In this document: in pieces, positions 8,831-17,930 of the stretch
Layout: every line of letters begins with the position of its first letter
How positions within the stretch are numbered: the stretch's first letter is position 1
DNA from: a virus
Taxonomy: Duplodnaviria; Caudoviricetes
IMG/VR virus record: IMGVR_UViG_3300012953_005031
Coordinates: 1 to 24,277 of that record
DNA length: 24,277 nucleotides
Strand: one strand, 5' to 3'
Translations under genes and position numbers: made by a program
The notes under the pieces: model-generated
Database searches by the model: none
What the model saw: the letters and a program-made list of their open reading frames with translations, nothing else
Told to the model about the DNA's origin: nothing

Positions 8831-9500
8831 ACAGGTCTCCATCAGCAAACGCTTGTTCAATCTTTAAATTACGATAAACAGCACGGTGAGTCTTCATAAA
8901 CTTAATCATAATATTAGCAGTATCTTTAACATCCTGCAATGCATCATGTGCATTTTCTGAAGAAAGACCCATTCTTTCTCTCATTGAATCCATACTAATC
9001 GATTTAATATTAGGATCACCCTCTGTCCACATCCAAACATTATCCATCACATCAATTTTATATACCATGCTAAACAACTTCTGCTGTTCTCTCTTATCAT
9101 CCCAAGGCCCAAACTCTTTACACAGCCTATTAATGATATGCATATCATACCCAATGATATTAAATCCTGCTGGGATTGGTGCGAAGAATGGAGTACCTTT
9201 CCAATTATATTTATTAACAAAAGCACAAAACTTTTTCCATACAGTTTTTAGTTGTGGTGCTTTAGCAATCTTTGCTCTTGTCTTACCAGTTACCTTGAGT
9301 GCATCTTCTTCAATGGGACCAAGACCAGCGGCAATAGCCTTGTCGTCATCCACAACTGCACGTATTTCACTATTGAATGTTCCTTTCAATTTAAAATTAC
9401 GACCATCAAGTGCAATAGCAGCAATCTGTGTTGGTTGACAAGTATGTGGATTACGACCACCAGTTTCAAAGTCAAAAACAATAATATCTCTATTAGCCAT
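8820..9500 (-). CDS. DEDDh 3'-5' exonuclease (DnaQ/epsilon-like)
   Basis: ExoI 'VFDFETGG', ExoII 'GFNIIGYD', ExoIII 'AHDALQDV'. AAGGA SD. Confidence 0.9.
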   Translation of the reverse strand: MANRDIIVFDFETGGRNPHTCQPTQIAAIALDGRNFKLKGTFNSEIRAVVDDDKAIAAGLGPIEEDALKVTGKTRAKIAKAPQLKTVWKKFCAFVNKYNWKGTPFFAPIPAGFNIIGYDMHIINRLCKEFGPWDDKREQQKLFSMVYKIDVMDNVWMWTEGDPNIKSISMDSMRERMGLSSENAHDALQDVKDTANIMIKFMKTHRAVYRNLKIEQAFADGDLYVN

Positions 9501-11130
9501 TAATTAATTCCTTTATCATCATAAGTTTATCCAAGAGATTAATCCCAAGAACATCAAATTTAACATGTCCTAATGCTTCCAGATCAGCCATTTCAAGACC
9601 AGCAATCTTTTCTTCACTACTCTTTTGATTAACCATTGGACATACACGGTTTAATTCTTCTTTAGAGATCACAACACCAGCAGCGTGTTTACCCTGAGTC
9701 TTAAATGTACCTTCCATATCGATAGCCTGCTGAAAGTACTCAGCGTAATCACCCTGTAATTCACCAGCATCATTAATAAAACAATAGTCTCTCAGTTCTT
9801 TGTCGTTATTAATTAATGCCCACTTAATAATAGATCTATCTTCATCATCCATAGCGGCAAGTTGGTCTGAAATATCCGCTTCATTTGGAATACTTTTAGT
9901 CATCTCATTCATCAAACCAAAACCACAAACACCACTAACTCTTAATACCTCTTTTAGTGCAGAGCGACCCTGTAGTCTACCGAACGTCAACATCTGACTC
10001 ACATTGCCGTGACCATATGTTTCCTTTAAGTAATCAATAATGTCATCTCTTTTATTTCCGGGAACATCCATATCGATATCAGGTAGCGAGATGTGATCAC
10101 CAGTATTTCTACCACTATTATAAAATCTTTCAAAAAGTAAATCAAACTCAATTGGATCAATCTTTGTGATACCAATCATATATGAGATAAGACATCCAGC
10201 AGCAGAACCTCGACCCGGACCTGAGATCCAACCATTACTCTCTACAAAGTGTACAATATCCCGAACAATCAAAAAGTAACCAAACAGTTTAGCTTCTTCG
10301 ATAACTTTAAATTCATGTAGGAACTGTTGATGATATTTATCCTTATTCTCTTGATCCTTTACCTTATTATTTTTAGCCAGAAGATTTCTCCAACCTTCAC
10401 GACACAATTCTTTTAGATACTCTTCCTCGGACTCACCATTTGGAGTTGGGAATGTCGGCAGCATCGGCTTGTTAAGAATATCATATTCTTCACATTTGTT
10501 GTATATTTCATTAAGAACATTTGTGTTATCAACATCATTAATAAGGATCTCTACAAGTTCCTTATTATTTCTAAGATAAAAGTCATCACACTCAAAGAAC
10601 TCTTGGTTTTCAAATAGTTCACCAGATCTAAACATTTCTCTGATTTTAGGCATGGTAGTTTTCATACCTGAACATAGAATAATTCTGTGTAATTCAGCGT
10701 GTTCCTTATCAGTGTAGTATGTAGGACGTAATCTTTCTGATACCACATAAAAATCATCGCCCTTAATGGGTGAATTTGCTAAATTATTTGAAGTACAGAC
10801 AAGGTTACCAGCTCTACATGCATTTTGAAGAATTCTTCCATCTGGATTACCATCCTCAGTGATCGAAGAAACAATCTTAATAAGATCAAACCAACCATTT
10901 TTATTTTTAGCGAACAATTCATAATTATCAAATGCACATCCAATAATAGGTTTCACATCATACTTATGGCAAGCCTGAAAAAAACTAACTGCACCAGAGA
11001 TAGATTTATAATCACAAATGCCACAGGCTTTATATCCATTTTCGGCACACTTCGCAACTAATTCATCTGGTTTAGAAAATCCTTTAAGCAGTGAGTAATG
11101 CGTGAAGTTTCTAAGTGGGAACCAATTCAT
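9493..11130 (-). CDS. dnaE: DNA polymerase III alpha (DnaE), N-terminal part: degenerate PHP, palm and thumb
   Basis: Motifs: 'THYSLLKG', 'GYFLIVRDIV', 'GPGRGSAAGCL', 'LLFERF', 'LPDIDMD', 'GKHAAGVVI', 'GHVKFDVLG'. All three catalytic Asp equivalents are present, and the protein ends 16 aa after KFDVLG. Confidence 0.95.
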   Translation of the reverse strand: MNWFPLRNFTHYSLLKGFSKPDELVAKCAENGYKACGICDYKSISGAVSFFQACHKYDVKPIIGCAFDNYELFAKNKNGWFDLIKIVSSITEDGNPDGRILQNACRAGNLVCTSNNLANSPIKGDDFYVVSERLRPTYYTDKEHAELHRIILCSGMKTTMPKIREMFRSGELFENQEFFECDDFYLRNNKELVEILINDVDNTNVLNEIYNKCEEYDILNKPMLPTFPTPNGESEEEYLKELCREGWRNLLAKNNKVKDQENKDKYHQQFLHEFKVIEEAKLFGYFLIVRDIVHFVESNGWISGPGRGSAAGCLISYMIGITKIDPIEFDLLFERFYNSGRNTGDHISLPDIDMDVPGNKRDDIIDYLKETYGHGNVSQMLTFGRLQGRSALKEVLRVSGVCGFGLMNEMTKSIPNEADISDQLAAMDDEDRSIIKWALINNDKELRDYCFINDAGELQGDYAEYFQQAIDMEGTFKTQGKHAAGVVISKEELNRVCPMVNQKSSEEKIAGLEMADLEALGHVKFDVLGINLLDKLMMIKELING

Positions 11131-11140
11131 TTCCTATTCC

Positions 11141-12181
11141 TTAACCGGGAGCTTCGTAATATCCAATTGAAAAACCTTTTCGGGTACAATCCTTAACAGT
11201 CTTATCCATTCCATGTGCTTTTAGATGATCATGTACATATTCACACATACTCTTATCTGAGCCTTCCCATTTATTTTTACAGAAATGGCACAGAGTTTTA
11301 CACTTGAAACTTTTTCTATTTACATCTAGTAACTTGGGATTTTCATTATTCTTAATCTCTTCAAATCTATCTTTGAGCATACCCAAAAATCTTGTTTCAT
11401 CTGATTTGTCAAATGCTAAACTAAATGGATATGGATCAATCTTACCATCTTTGTCCTTACAGAAAAAGATACTCATAATCCTATTTGGAAATTCTGGATA
11501 TAATTTAGAGATAGCATAGAAGTATAAAAGTAATTGAGGATCATTTTGCATCTTCTTATAGTCTTTGACTTCCATAGTAGCCCAGTCAAGTCTACGACCA
11601 GTCTTCCAATCGATCACTTCTATTGTATCATCACTGACTTTGGTTACAAGGTCAATTGTACCTTTTATTGCCAATTGTCCCTCAATCGTGGTGCCATCCG
11701 CAGCCTTAATTGAAATTTTAGCCCAATCTTCTTCAATTGGAATATCAAAATGGGGTTCTGGATGGTGAATATCTCTGTTTCTTGGATCAAACTGACCATC
11801 ATTATGATTCAGCATCAACCACGCTATCTTAGATATTTCCTTTCTATCGGCAGGTCGCCACGGGTGAACTGAATCTTTTTTGTATGCTTCTAGACTAAGA
11901 TCACAGAGATCTTCTACTGTTTCGTCTAAGTGTAATTTATCTTTGTGGATCTTAATCTTTCCAGCAGCATCATCATCAACTAGTAAGTATTTCTTTCTAG
12001 GGTTGTCCTGTTGAAACTTTTTTAGTCCAGCAAGAATTTCCATAACTTTATGAACCATAGTACCAAGTTCTGCTTTCTTACCAGAGGTAGACTGATGACC
12101 AAGTACATAAGTCATAAAATACTGCATCTCGCAATATCGCCAATTGTTATAACTGGAGCTTCTGAAGTAACTTATTAGCAT
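11141..12181 (-). CDS. PD-(D/E)XK exonuclease, Cas4/AddB-like with Fe-S Cys ligands
   Basis: Motifs: 'SSSYNNWRYC..QY', 'LGTMVHKVME', 'KGTIDLV', 'VIDWKTG', 'QLLLY', and C-terminal 'CKTLCHFC'. Confidence 0.88.
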   Translation of the reverse strand: MLISYFRSSSYNNWRYCEMQYFMTYVLGHQSTSGKKAELGTMVHKVMEILAGLKKFQQDNPRKKYLLVDDDAAGKIKIHKDKLHLDETVEDLCDLSLEAYKKDSVHPWRPADRKEISKIAWLMLNHNDGQFDPRNRDIHHPEPHFDIPIEEDWAKISIKAADGTTIEGQLAIKGTIDLVTKVSDDTIEVIDWKTGRRLDWATMEVKDYKKMQNDPQLLLYFYAISKLYPEFPNRIMSIFFCKDKDGKIDPYPFSLAFDKSDETRFLGMLKDRFEEIKNNENPKLLDVNRKSFKCKTLCHFCKNKWEGSDKSMCEYVHDHLKAHGMDKTVKDCTRKGFSIGYYEAPG

Positions 12182-12921
12182 AGATTATCCTTATATAAAG
12201 TTTCGATAATTGCTTGTAATCTTTCAATCGTTCTACCTTCACCTTGATTTTCGATAACATAATCAAAATTTTCTTGGTCATAATTTTCTACATCTAATTG
12301 AGTTTCACTAGCATGTTCATCTTCAAATAAATCTCTATTTAACTTTATAACGATGCCACCAGCATCTTTAATGATATCTACTTCATTTGGAAATCTAACA
12401 TCAGCAACAATTGCCAATTGAGATTGTTCTGCAACAATTCTATTAACTGTACTTTGGCACCAAATTGGTTCCCATATCTTCCTCATGATATCAGTACCAA
12501 AATATTGCATAAATTCACGAGCTGTCATGCTGTCAACAAGTTTACTACTCCTCCATGTGGGCATATTACACCATTTTAAATGGTTAATCTTTTCATTTTT
12601 TTGTTCATTTGTCCCGTACACATTTTCAAATGGGATATTGAATAGATCAATACAGATTGCTTTTAAAGCATCAGCAAAACTATATAATTTGACATATGGA
12701 TATAGAGATCTTTCTGCATATTCAACAAATTGAAAATCTTTCCTTGTAATATCAAATTCTCTTAGATCATCAAATTCATCTGTTGTAACTAAGAGCCTAC
12801 CGTCCTCAGAGATTTTGTAATCATTTACCATCTCATGCTTTTTTAAAACTATTCCATTTAAGATATTAGCAACGGTATTTTTACCTGATTGCTTTTTACC
12901 TGCTATTCCAACAATCTTCAT
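12175..12921 (-). CDS. Deoxynucleoside monophosphate kinase (T4 gp1-like)
   Basis: Motifs: 'IVGIAGKKQSGKNT', 'SFADALK', 'TAREFMQYFGTDIMR', 'IVADVRFPNE', 'HASE'. The ATG at 12921 overlaps the primase TGA. Confidence 0.9.
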   Translation of the reverse strand: MKIVGIAGKKQSGKNTVANILNGIVLKKHEMVNDYKISEDGRLLVTTDEFDDLREFDITRKDFQFVEYAERSLYPYVKLYSFADALKAICIDLFNIPFENVYGTNEQKNEKINHLKWCNMPTWRSSKLVDSMTAREFMQYFGTDIMRKIWEPIWCQSTVNRIVAEQSQLAIVADVRFPNEVDIIKDAGGIVIKLNRDLFEDEHASETQLDVENYDQENFDYVIENQGEGRTIERLQAIIETLYKDNLC

Positions 12922-13961
12922 CAATGTAGCCCTTTCAAATTAGATGTAATTTCTTGCTTAATTAATTCAATAGACATGTCCCCAATATCTTTTTTAGACA
13001 TTTTGGGAAACTTCAAAGTAAACAATCGACTTAAATCCCTTTTAATTTTAATCTTAGCCTCTCTACCAGCTTGATCATTATCTGTTAGTACAATTAATGT
13101 TGTTACTCCAGTTTTTAATAGTTTATCTTTCTGATAATGTGATATATCTTTACCAAAAAGTCCTACACAATTTTCTACTCCAGCTTCATACATTTTCCAC
13201 ACATCACCTTGACCTTCAGTTAAAAACAAACACGAAGTTTCAGTTGCCTTGCTGAGTGCTCGATGGTGATTATATAGATGTTGTGCTTTTTTAAATCCAT
13301 CTGAATATAGATATTTTGGTTTTACATAGTCTTTATTAGATCTTGCTATGAAAGCAATTTGTTTACCTGTGTGATTATGTACTGGTATAATTGATCTACC
13401 ATACATATAAGACTTCTTGTCTGAACAATCTCTGATATTAAAATGCTTTAATGTGGAGCGAGAAAATCCTCTTTGTTCAAAATATTCTGACCTATTACTT
13501 GTTTTAATACTTGGGAAAGAAAAGTTGGTATATGTTTGCTGTTTTTTCTTATTGAAGATTTTAACCATTGTAGAGAAATCAGACTCTACTTTTTCTTCTG
13601 GCTCATCTAAAAATTCAGCATCTGAAATGTTGTATATCTTACAAACAAATCTCAAAACATCACTAAATGATGCTTCATTTTCTTTTGATAATACTCCTCT
13701 TATAAATCCAAGTATATCTGTATTATATTGTTCGTGACACCCTCGCGTCCAGCATCGCCAAGACATCTTACTCTTTGATATTGATAAACCGTGAGGATTG
13801 TCACTTGCTTCATGTATTGGACAACACATAAAGTAATTATCATCTTTCTTTTGGAAAGATAATTCTAAATTGTTCAAAAGCAATTCTATATCTCGGAAAA
13901 TAATTTGCTTGACTTTATTCAAGTCCAACTTTTTATTTGCCGGTTGCTTTGTTATACTCAT
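12921..13961 (-). CDS. dnaG: DnaG-type primase (Zn finger plus TOPRIM)
   Basis: Zinc finger 'CPIH...WRCWTRGC'; 'RSIIPV', 'PKYLYS'; TOPRIM 'LTEGQGDV' and 'LTDNDQAG'; 'KDIGD'. Confidence 0.92.
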   Translation of the reverse strand: MSITKQPANKKLDLNKVKQIIFRDIELLLNNLELSFQKKDDNYFMCCPIHEASDNPHGLSISKSKMSWRCWTRGCHEQYNTDILGFIRGVLSKENEASFSDVLRFVCKIYNISDAEFLDEPEEKVESDFSTMVKIFNKKKQQTYTNFSFPSIKTSNRSEYFEQRGFSRSTLKHFNIRDCSDKKSYMYGRSIIPVHNHTGKQIAFIARSNKDYVKPKYLYSDGFKKAQHLYNHHRALSKATETSCLFLTEGQGDVWKMYEAGVENCVGLFGKDISHYQKDKLLKTGVTTLIVLTDNDQAGREAKIKIKRDLSRLFTLKFPKMSKKDIGDMSIELIKQEITSNLKGLH

Positions 13962-14097
13962 ACCACAGTAGTCCTAAATTTGCTGTTGCATATGAAAACC
14001 ACATTAACGCATGTGGATAATCTTTTTGTATAAGATTTCCTACAGCTCCTACTATATAACATAGGGTCGCTACTCCTATAGCTGTAATTGTTATCAT
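13933..14097 (-). CDS. Small 54-aa predicted two-helix membrane protein
   Basis: Too short for the ORF track. The ATG overlaps the helicase stop (TAATG). Translation: MITITAIGVATLCYIVGAVGNLIQKDYPHALMWFSYATANLGLLWYEYNKATGK. It fills the helicase-primase gap. Confidence 0.75.
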   Translation of the reverse strand: MITITAIGVATLCYIVGAVGNLIQKDYPHALMWFSYATANLGLLWYEYNKATGK

Positions 14098-15539
14098 TAT
14101 TCATCTTCCTCAATTGGAATTTCTGCACCTTCGATAGCACCTTCAGCACCTCCGCCTGCTCTAAATTCATCTCTGGTACGCAGTTCTAATAATTGAGCGT
14201 GATCTCCTACCATACGCATATTAATATAATTACCATCATCCATACCCGGACCATGTCTTGAAACAATCGGTACGAGCTTTCTATTACCAGCATTAGGGCC
14301 GTCTTCGGCTAATTCTTCTGCTGATTTAGTTTTAAAAATAGAAAAAGATGTACATAACCAAATCAATCTATCAGACCCACTAACAGCATCTGTAGATTCT
14401 TTGGTAATTCCATCTCTATTCAACTGTACAAATGACAAACAAGGGAACTCATACTTAACAGCCAAGTTGTGCAATGCTGTAATCTGAAATCCCAGTGCTT
14501 GATATTCTTGTATATTATTAGTGATAGATCCAGAGGTCATCAACTTCAAATAGTCATAGACAACAACACATTGGTTGGTTTTTCCATTCTCATCTTGACC
14601 AACTTCCTGCATAATCCATCGTTTAATTGTATTCAATATCTGTTCAAATGGAGCACCAGCAACAGTGACGTAGGTGTAGGGAATATCTTTGATATGATCA
14701 ATTGCCTGCTTTACCTTGATGCTTTTTTCATCATCATCAGTAAATCGTCCGGTAGCTACTTCGTTAATCGGAACACCACTAAGATTAGAAATAATACGAT
14801 TAAGATGGTCTTCCTTTGACATTTCAGTATCCAGCATTAATACTGGAATACCTTTAGCAGCTACGTTGATGGCGACATTATCGCCAAAAACACTCTTTCC
14901 TACTTTAGGTCTTGCAGATACTAAATCAACACAGCCCGGTCTCAAGCCGCCTCCAATAGCTGCATCATATCTAGCAAATCCTGTTGGAATTCCAATTTGA
15001 TCACATTTGTTCTCAATGAGAAACTCAAGATATTCCTCTACACCATCGCCAATCCTTTCCGGCTTGTTGCCAGTATCATCTTCTCTTAAAAAATCTGTGA
15101 TTGGGTTTTCTAAGATGTTGATGATTTCATCAATTGATTCATCACCATTTATATCATCGATATCCCTACCAATTTTATTGGTGAGCTTCTTAATTTTCCT
15201 TGCGAATTCAAACTTCTTTATTTGTGCTGCGAAATAGAGAACATTATCCTTCTTAACAGGATATTCCATTAAGGAATTTATGTACTCTAATTCTTGATTA
15301 GAATTAATTATGTCTTGTAAATCTAATTTCTTGGCTGCTGATAACAAAGATGGTAAATCTATTTCTGCCCCATCTTTAATGATCTTCTCTATACATTTAA
15401 AAATAACTTGGTTGTTCTTATGTGAGAAACTATCACTATCAATGATATCACATACTTCAACATATGATTCTAAACCATATGAAAAAATACCTGCTAGGAC
15501 TGCTCTTTCAGCACCTAGATCCATCAGATTGTTAGACAT
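14097..15539 (-). CDS. dnaB: Replicative DNA helicase (DnaB family)
   Basis: N-domain 'AERAVLAG'; 'GIPTGF..YD...GGL'; Walker A 'ARPKVGKS'; 'LDTEMS', 'YDYLKLM', 'QLNR'. Confidence 0.95.
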   Translation of the reverse strand: MSNNLMDLGAERAVLAGIFSYGLESYVEVCDIIDSDSFSHKNNQVIFKCIEKIIKDGAEIDLPSLLSAAKKLDLQDIINSNQELEYINSLMEYPVKKDNVLYFAAQIKKFEFARKIKKLTNKIGRDIDDINGDESIDEIINILENPITDFLREDDTGNKPERIGDGVEEYLEFLIENKCDQIGIPTGFARYDAAIGGGLRPGCVDLVSARPKVGKSVFGDNVAINVAAKGIPVLMLDTEMSKEDHLNRIISNLSGVPINEVATGRFTDDDEKSIKVKQAIDHIKDIPYTYVTVAGAPFEQILNTIKRWIMQEVGQDENGKTNQCVVVYDYLKLMTSGSITNNIQEYQALGFQITALHNLAVKYEFPCLSFVQLNRDGITKESTDAVSGSDRLIWLCTSFSIFKTKSAEELAEDGPNAGNRKLVPIVSRHGPGMDDGNYINMRMVGDHAQLLELRTRDEFRAGGGAEGAIEGAEIPIEEDE

Positions 15540-15543
15540 TTAA

Positions 15544-15963
15544 TTATCCGGTACATTTATTGCAGCGATGATATTCACCAAATGCAAGTGCAGGGTTGAC
15601 AGAAAAAGTTTTACCACAAACGTGACACTCTACTCTTTTCTTTTTAGGTTTAGAACGATTCCTCGCAGTCCTATTAAATTCTGGAGTTTCAATATCCATA
15701 TGTTCTGTACCATCATCAACCCATCGGTTTTTTCTTGCTCTCACGGCTTGCCTCCCATTTTGTTGTTCCTTTCTAGAAACGGTAAAATCGTCGTTAACCC
15801 TTGTAACGACTTTGTTTTCTGGAGGATCAGAATGATCTGCTGAATCGTCATCTGGTGACGATGAGAGATTGAATTCTGATTCCTCCGGTGTATCATCCAT
15901 TAACATCTGAATCATTTTTTGCTTTTGTTCTGGACTCAGTGATTTCAAGAAGTCTTCCATCAT
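15544..15963 (-). CDS. Hypothetical protein with a C-terminal zinc ribbon
   Basis: C-terminal 'CHVCGK...RCNKC', acidic disordered N-half, ATGA coupling. Confidence 0.75.
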   Translation of the reverse strand: MMEDFLKSLSPEQKQKMIQMLMDDTPEESEFNLSSSPDDDSADHSDPPENKVVTRVNDDFTVSRKEQQNGRQAVRARKNRWVDDGTEHMDIETPEFNRTARNRSKPKKKRVECHVCGKTFSVNPALAFGEYHRCNKCTG

Positions 15964-16424
15964 AGCTTTCTTCCTTTTTCAAGTAAGCAATCTGCTTTTT
16001 TTCTAACATTAAATTCTTTATTTTTCAAGGATAGAATCCTACTTTCTGCCACAGATTTGAAATCAACCAATTTTTGTGCTACACTGTTTTCTTTAATAAT
16101 CATCTGAGTTTTCAAATCATTGTTAGCATAAACATTTTGAAAGTCCATAAAGTCTCTGGCTACTATCTGATTGATCCATTTATCGCAAAAATGTATTACC
16201 GACTCCTGCCGCGACCTTTCGCTGTTAATATGATCAGCATAATTATACAACATTAATCCGTAGTTGAAACAATCATCTTGATTTAATTGTCTGATATTGT
16301 CAAGTGATAATCCTTCGGCTTCCCTAAAATCATCAGAATATTCTTGAGCAGATAGATTTTTGTTTTCAATGTATTCATCTATTCTGTCTAGAAATGTTTT
16401 GAGTTGTTCCTCACAATGACTCAA
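15960..16424 (-). CDS. Helical hypothetical protein, possibly a UvsY-like recombination mediator
   Basis: About 155 codons with coiled-coil character, two genes downstream of RecA. The likely start is TTG 16424 (GGAGAG SD); the track gives 16448. The function is inferred from size and position only. Confidence 0.6.
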   Translation of the reverse strand: MSHCEEQLKTFLDRIDEYIENKNLSAQEYSDDFREAEGLSLDNIRQLNQDDCFNYGLMLYNYADHINSERSRQESVIHFCDKWINQIVARDFMDFQNVYANNDLKTQMIIKENSVAQKLVDFKSVAESRILSLKNKEFNVRKKADCLLEKGRKL

Positions 16425-16833
16425 GTTGTTCTCTCCAATCTTCAACATCGTCCGAATATTTTAAAACGATTAAGTTAATATTGTTTAATTCGCACCATTC
16501 CTCTTTTAAGGAATCTCTTTTTATGGCTTGTATGTATTTGGCTTTGGTTTTGTGAAAGTATGGTACATACTCATAATGTTGTTTACCATGAACCTCTACG
16601 CCAATCATAAGGTTTGGAATAAAGAAATCAAGGAATAATACAGATTTTAAATGAGGTTTTCTAGATCCGGGTAATTTTACTTCTTCTAAAATAGAATAGC
16701 CAGCAAACATCTGGTGTAATAATGTTCTAGCCTGTAGATGATATTGAGATTTTTTAGTGTTGTCATCTGGCTTAATAATATATTTGTCAAGTTTTAGATT
16801 ATATTGTCTACCATTAAATCCTAAAAATTTCAT
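16411..16833 (-). CDS. DUF559/Vsr-like PD-(D/E)XK endonuclease
   Basis: 'EEVKLP...LDFFIP...IGVEVHGKQHY...RDSLKEEWCELNNINLIVL'. Confidence 0.8.
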   Translation of the reverse strand: MKFLGFNGRQYNLKLDKYIIKPDDNTKKSQYHLQARTLLHQMFAGYSILEEVKLPGSRKPHLKSVLFLDFFIPNLMIGVEVHGKQHYEYVPYFHKTKAKYIQAIKRDSLKEEWCELNNINLIVLKYSDDVEDWREQLESL

Positions 16834-17930
16834 GCCACCATTAATTCTTTAATGTCATCATAGATGATATCGCAAACTTCTTGGTTGTTCTCTAAAAACT
16901 CTGTTAGATTTTGCATACCTTGAAATTTGAAAAACTTTTCTATGCTTTCTGTGTCGTCCTTGACATCATTCTTGTTTAAGATATTTTTAATGATTGGATT
17001 GTCAGCATTATTAATACCAGCAGTTATTGTATACCATGCACCAGCCTTTTTAATCAAGCTCAATTCAGAAGCAATTTGTGCAATTTCTTGAACATGATCA
17101 ATACCAACTCCATATTTGATCCAACTGTCTGCTAATGAGTTAGGAGTACCGCCAGCAGCAGATGTTTTAATTTTCCAGTGTGCTACCTGCCCAACGTCTT
17201 TGCCAGATGATGATTCCCACTTACCACGGTGCGTGATTACCATATTAGTACCTGCTTGATACTGGAGCATATTGCCACCATCAGACATCTTAGATGGAGA
17301 AAATCTACTACCACCAGTATTGGCTATATTATGTGTAATGAAAATACATATTGCTCCCATTCTTGGAATATCACCGCTTACTCTTTTGAAGAACTGAGCA
17401 GATAATCTTGGTAGTGCATTTCTAATTCCTGTTCTAATTTCACCATCAAGTTCATCTTGTGGTAGCATATTAGATAAAGAGTCTACAATGACAACTATAT
17501 CACCTCTTTGTTTAATCAAAGCTTCAAGAATATTCAAATATTTTTCGGCAGACATAACTGGCATTTCTTCTGTAGGGCCAATTCTCTTTACAGCTTTATG
17601 ATCTAAACCTTTTATTTGTGTTAGATTATAATCTGTGATTCTTCCTTCTACATCAAAATAGAATATCTCTTTACCATGTTTTTGAGCTTGTGCCGCAAAT
17701 GATAACGCTGTTACTGTCTTACCAGTTTTAGGATCGCCAGTCATAACAACAACAGTACCTTCTTTCAATCCTCCCCCTAGAGCAATATCTAAGGATGGAG
17801 ATACTGGTATCACCTTGTGATTATTCAGGTTTTCAAGTACTTTGCCGCCCTCTTGAATCATGTCCCCCCATTTACTAATGAGGTTATTCAATATTGGATC
17901 ATCTTTAAACTTACTAATCTTCTTTGCCAT
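16830..17930 (-). CDS. recA: RecA/UvsX-like recombinase
   Basis: 'SLDIALGGGL', Walker A 'GDPKTGKT', 'FDVEG', Walker B 'VIVDSL', 'GGNMLQY', 'IKYGVGID', 'LIKKAGAWY'. Confidence 0.92.
   Translation of the reverse strand: MAKKISKFKDDPILNNLISKWGDMIQEGGKVLENLNNHKVIPVSPSLDIALGGGLKEGTVVVMTGDPKTGKTVTALSFAAQAQKHGKEIFYFDVEGRITDYNLTQIKGLDHKAVKRIGPTEEMPVMSAEKYLNILEALIKQRGDIVVIVDSLSNMLPQDELDGEIRTGIRNALPRLSAQFFKRVSGDIPRMGAICIFITHNIANTGGSRFSPSKMSDGGNMLQYQAGTNMVITHRGKWESSSGKDVGQVAHWKIKTSAAGGTPNSLADSWIKYGVGIDHVQEIAQIASELSLIKKAGAWYTITAGINNADNPIIKNILNKNDVKDDTESIEKFFKFQGMQNLTEFLENNQEVCDIIYDDIKELMVA

Noticed and set aside
8820-9510. Intein, intron or programmed frameshift joining DnaE-N, the exonuclease and DnaE-C into one chain
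   Set aside because: There are no intein terminal residues or homing-endonuclease motifs, no non-coding intron sequence and no obvious slippery heptamer at the junctions. Each ORF has its own SD and ATG.
11141-12181. CRISPR-Cas system suggested by the Cas4-like gene
   Set aside because: There is no repeat-spacer array, no room for one, and no other cas genes.
13958-14170. 70-aa minus-strand ORF from the track
   Set aside because: It overlaps the helicase end by 74 bp and has no protein-like features. The 54-aa TAATG-coupled ORF in another frame fits better.
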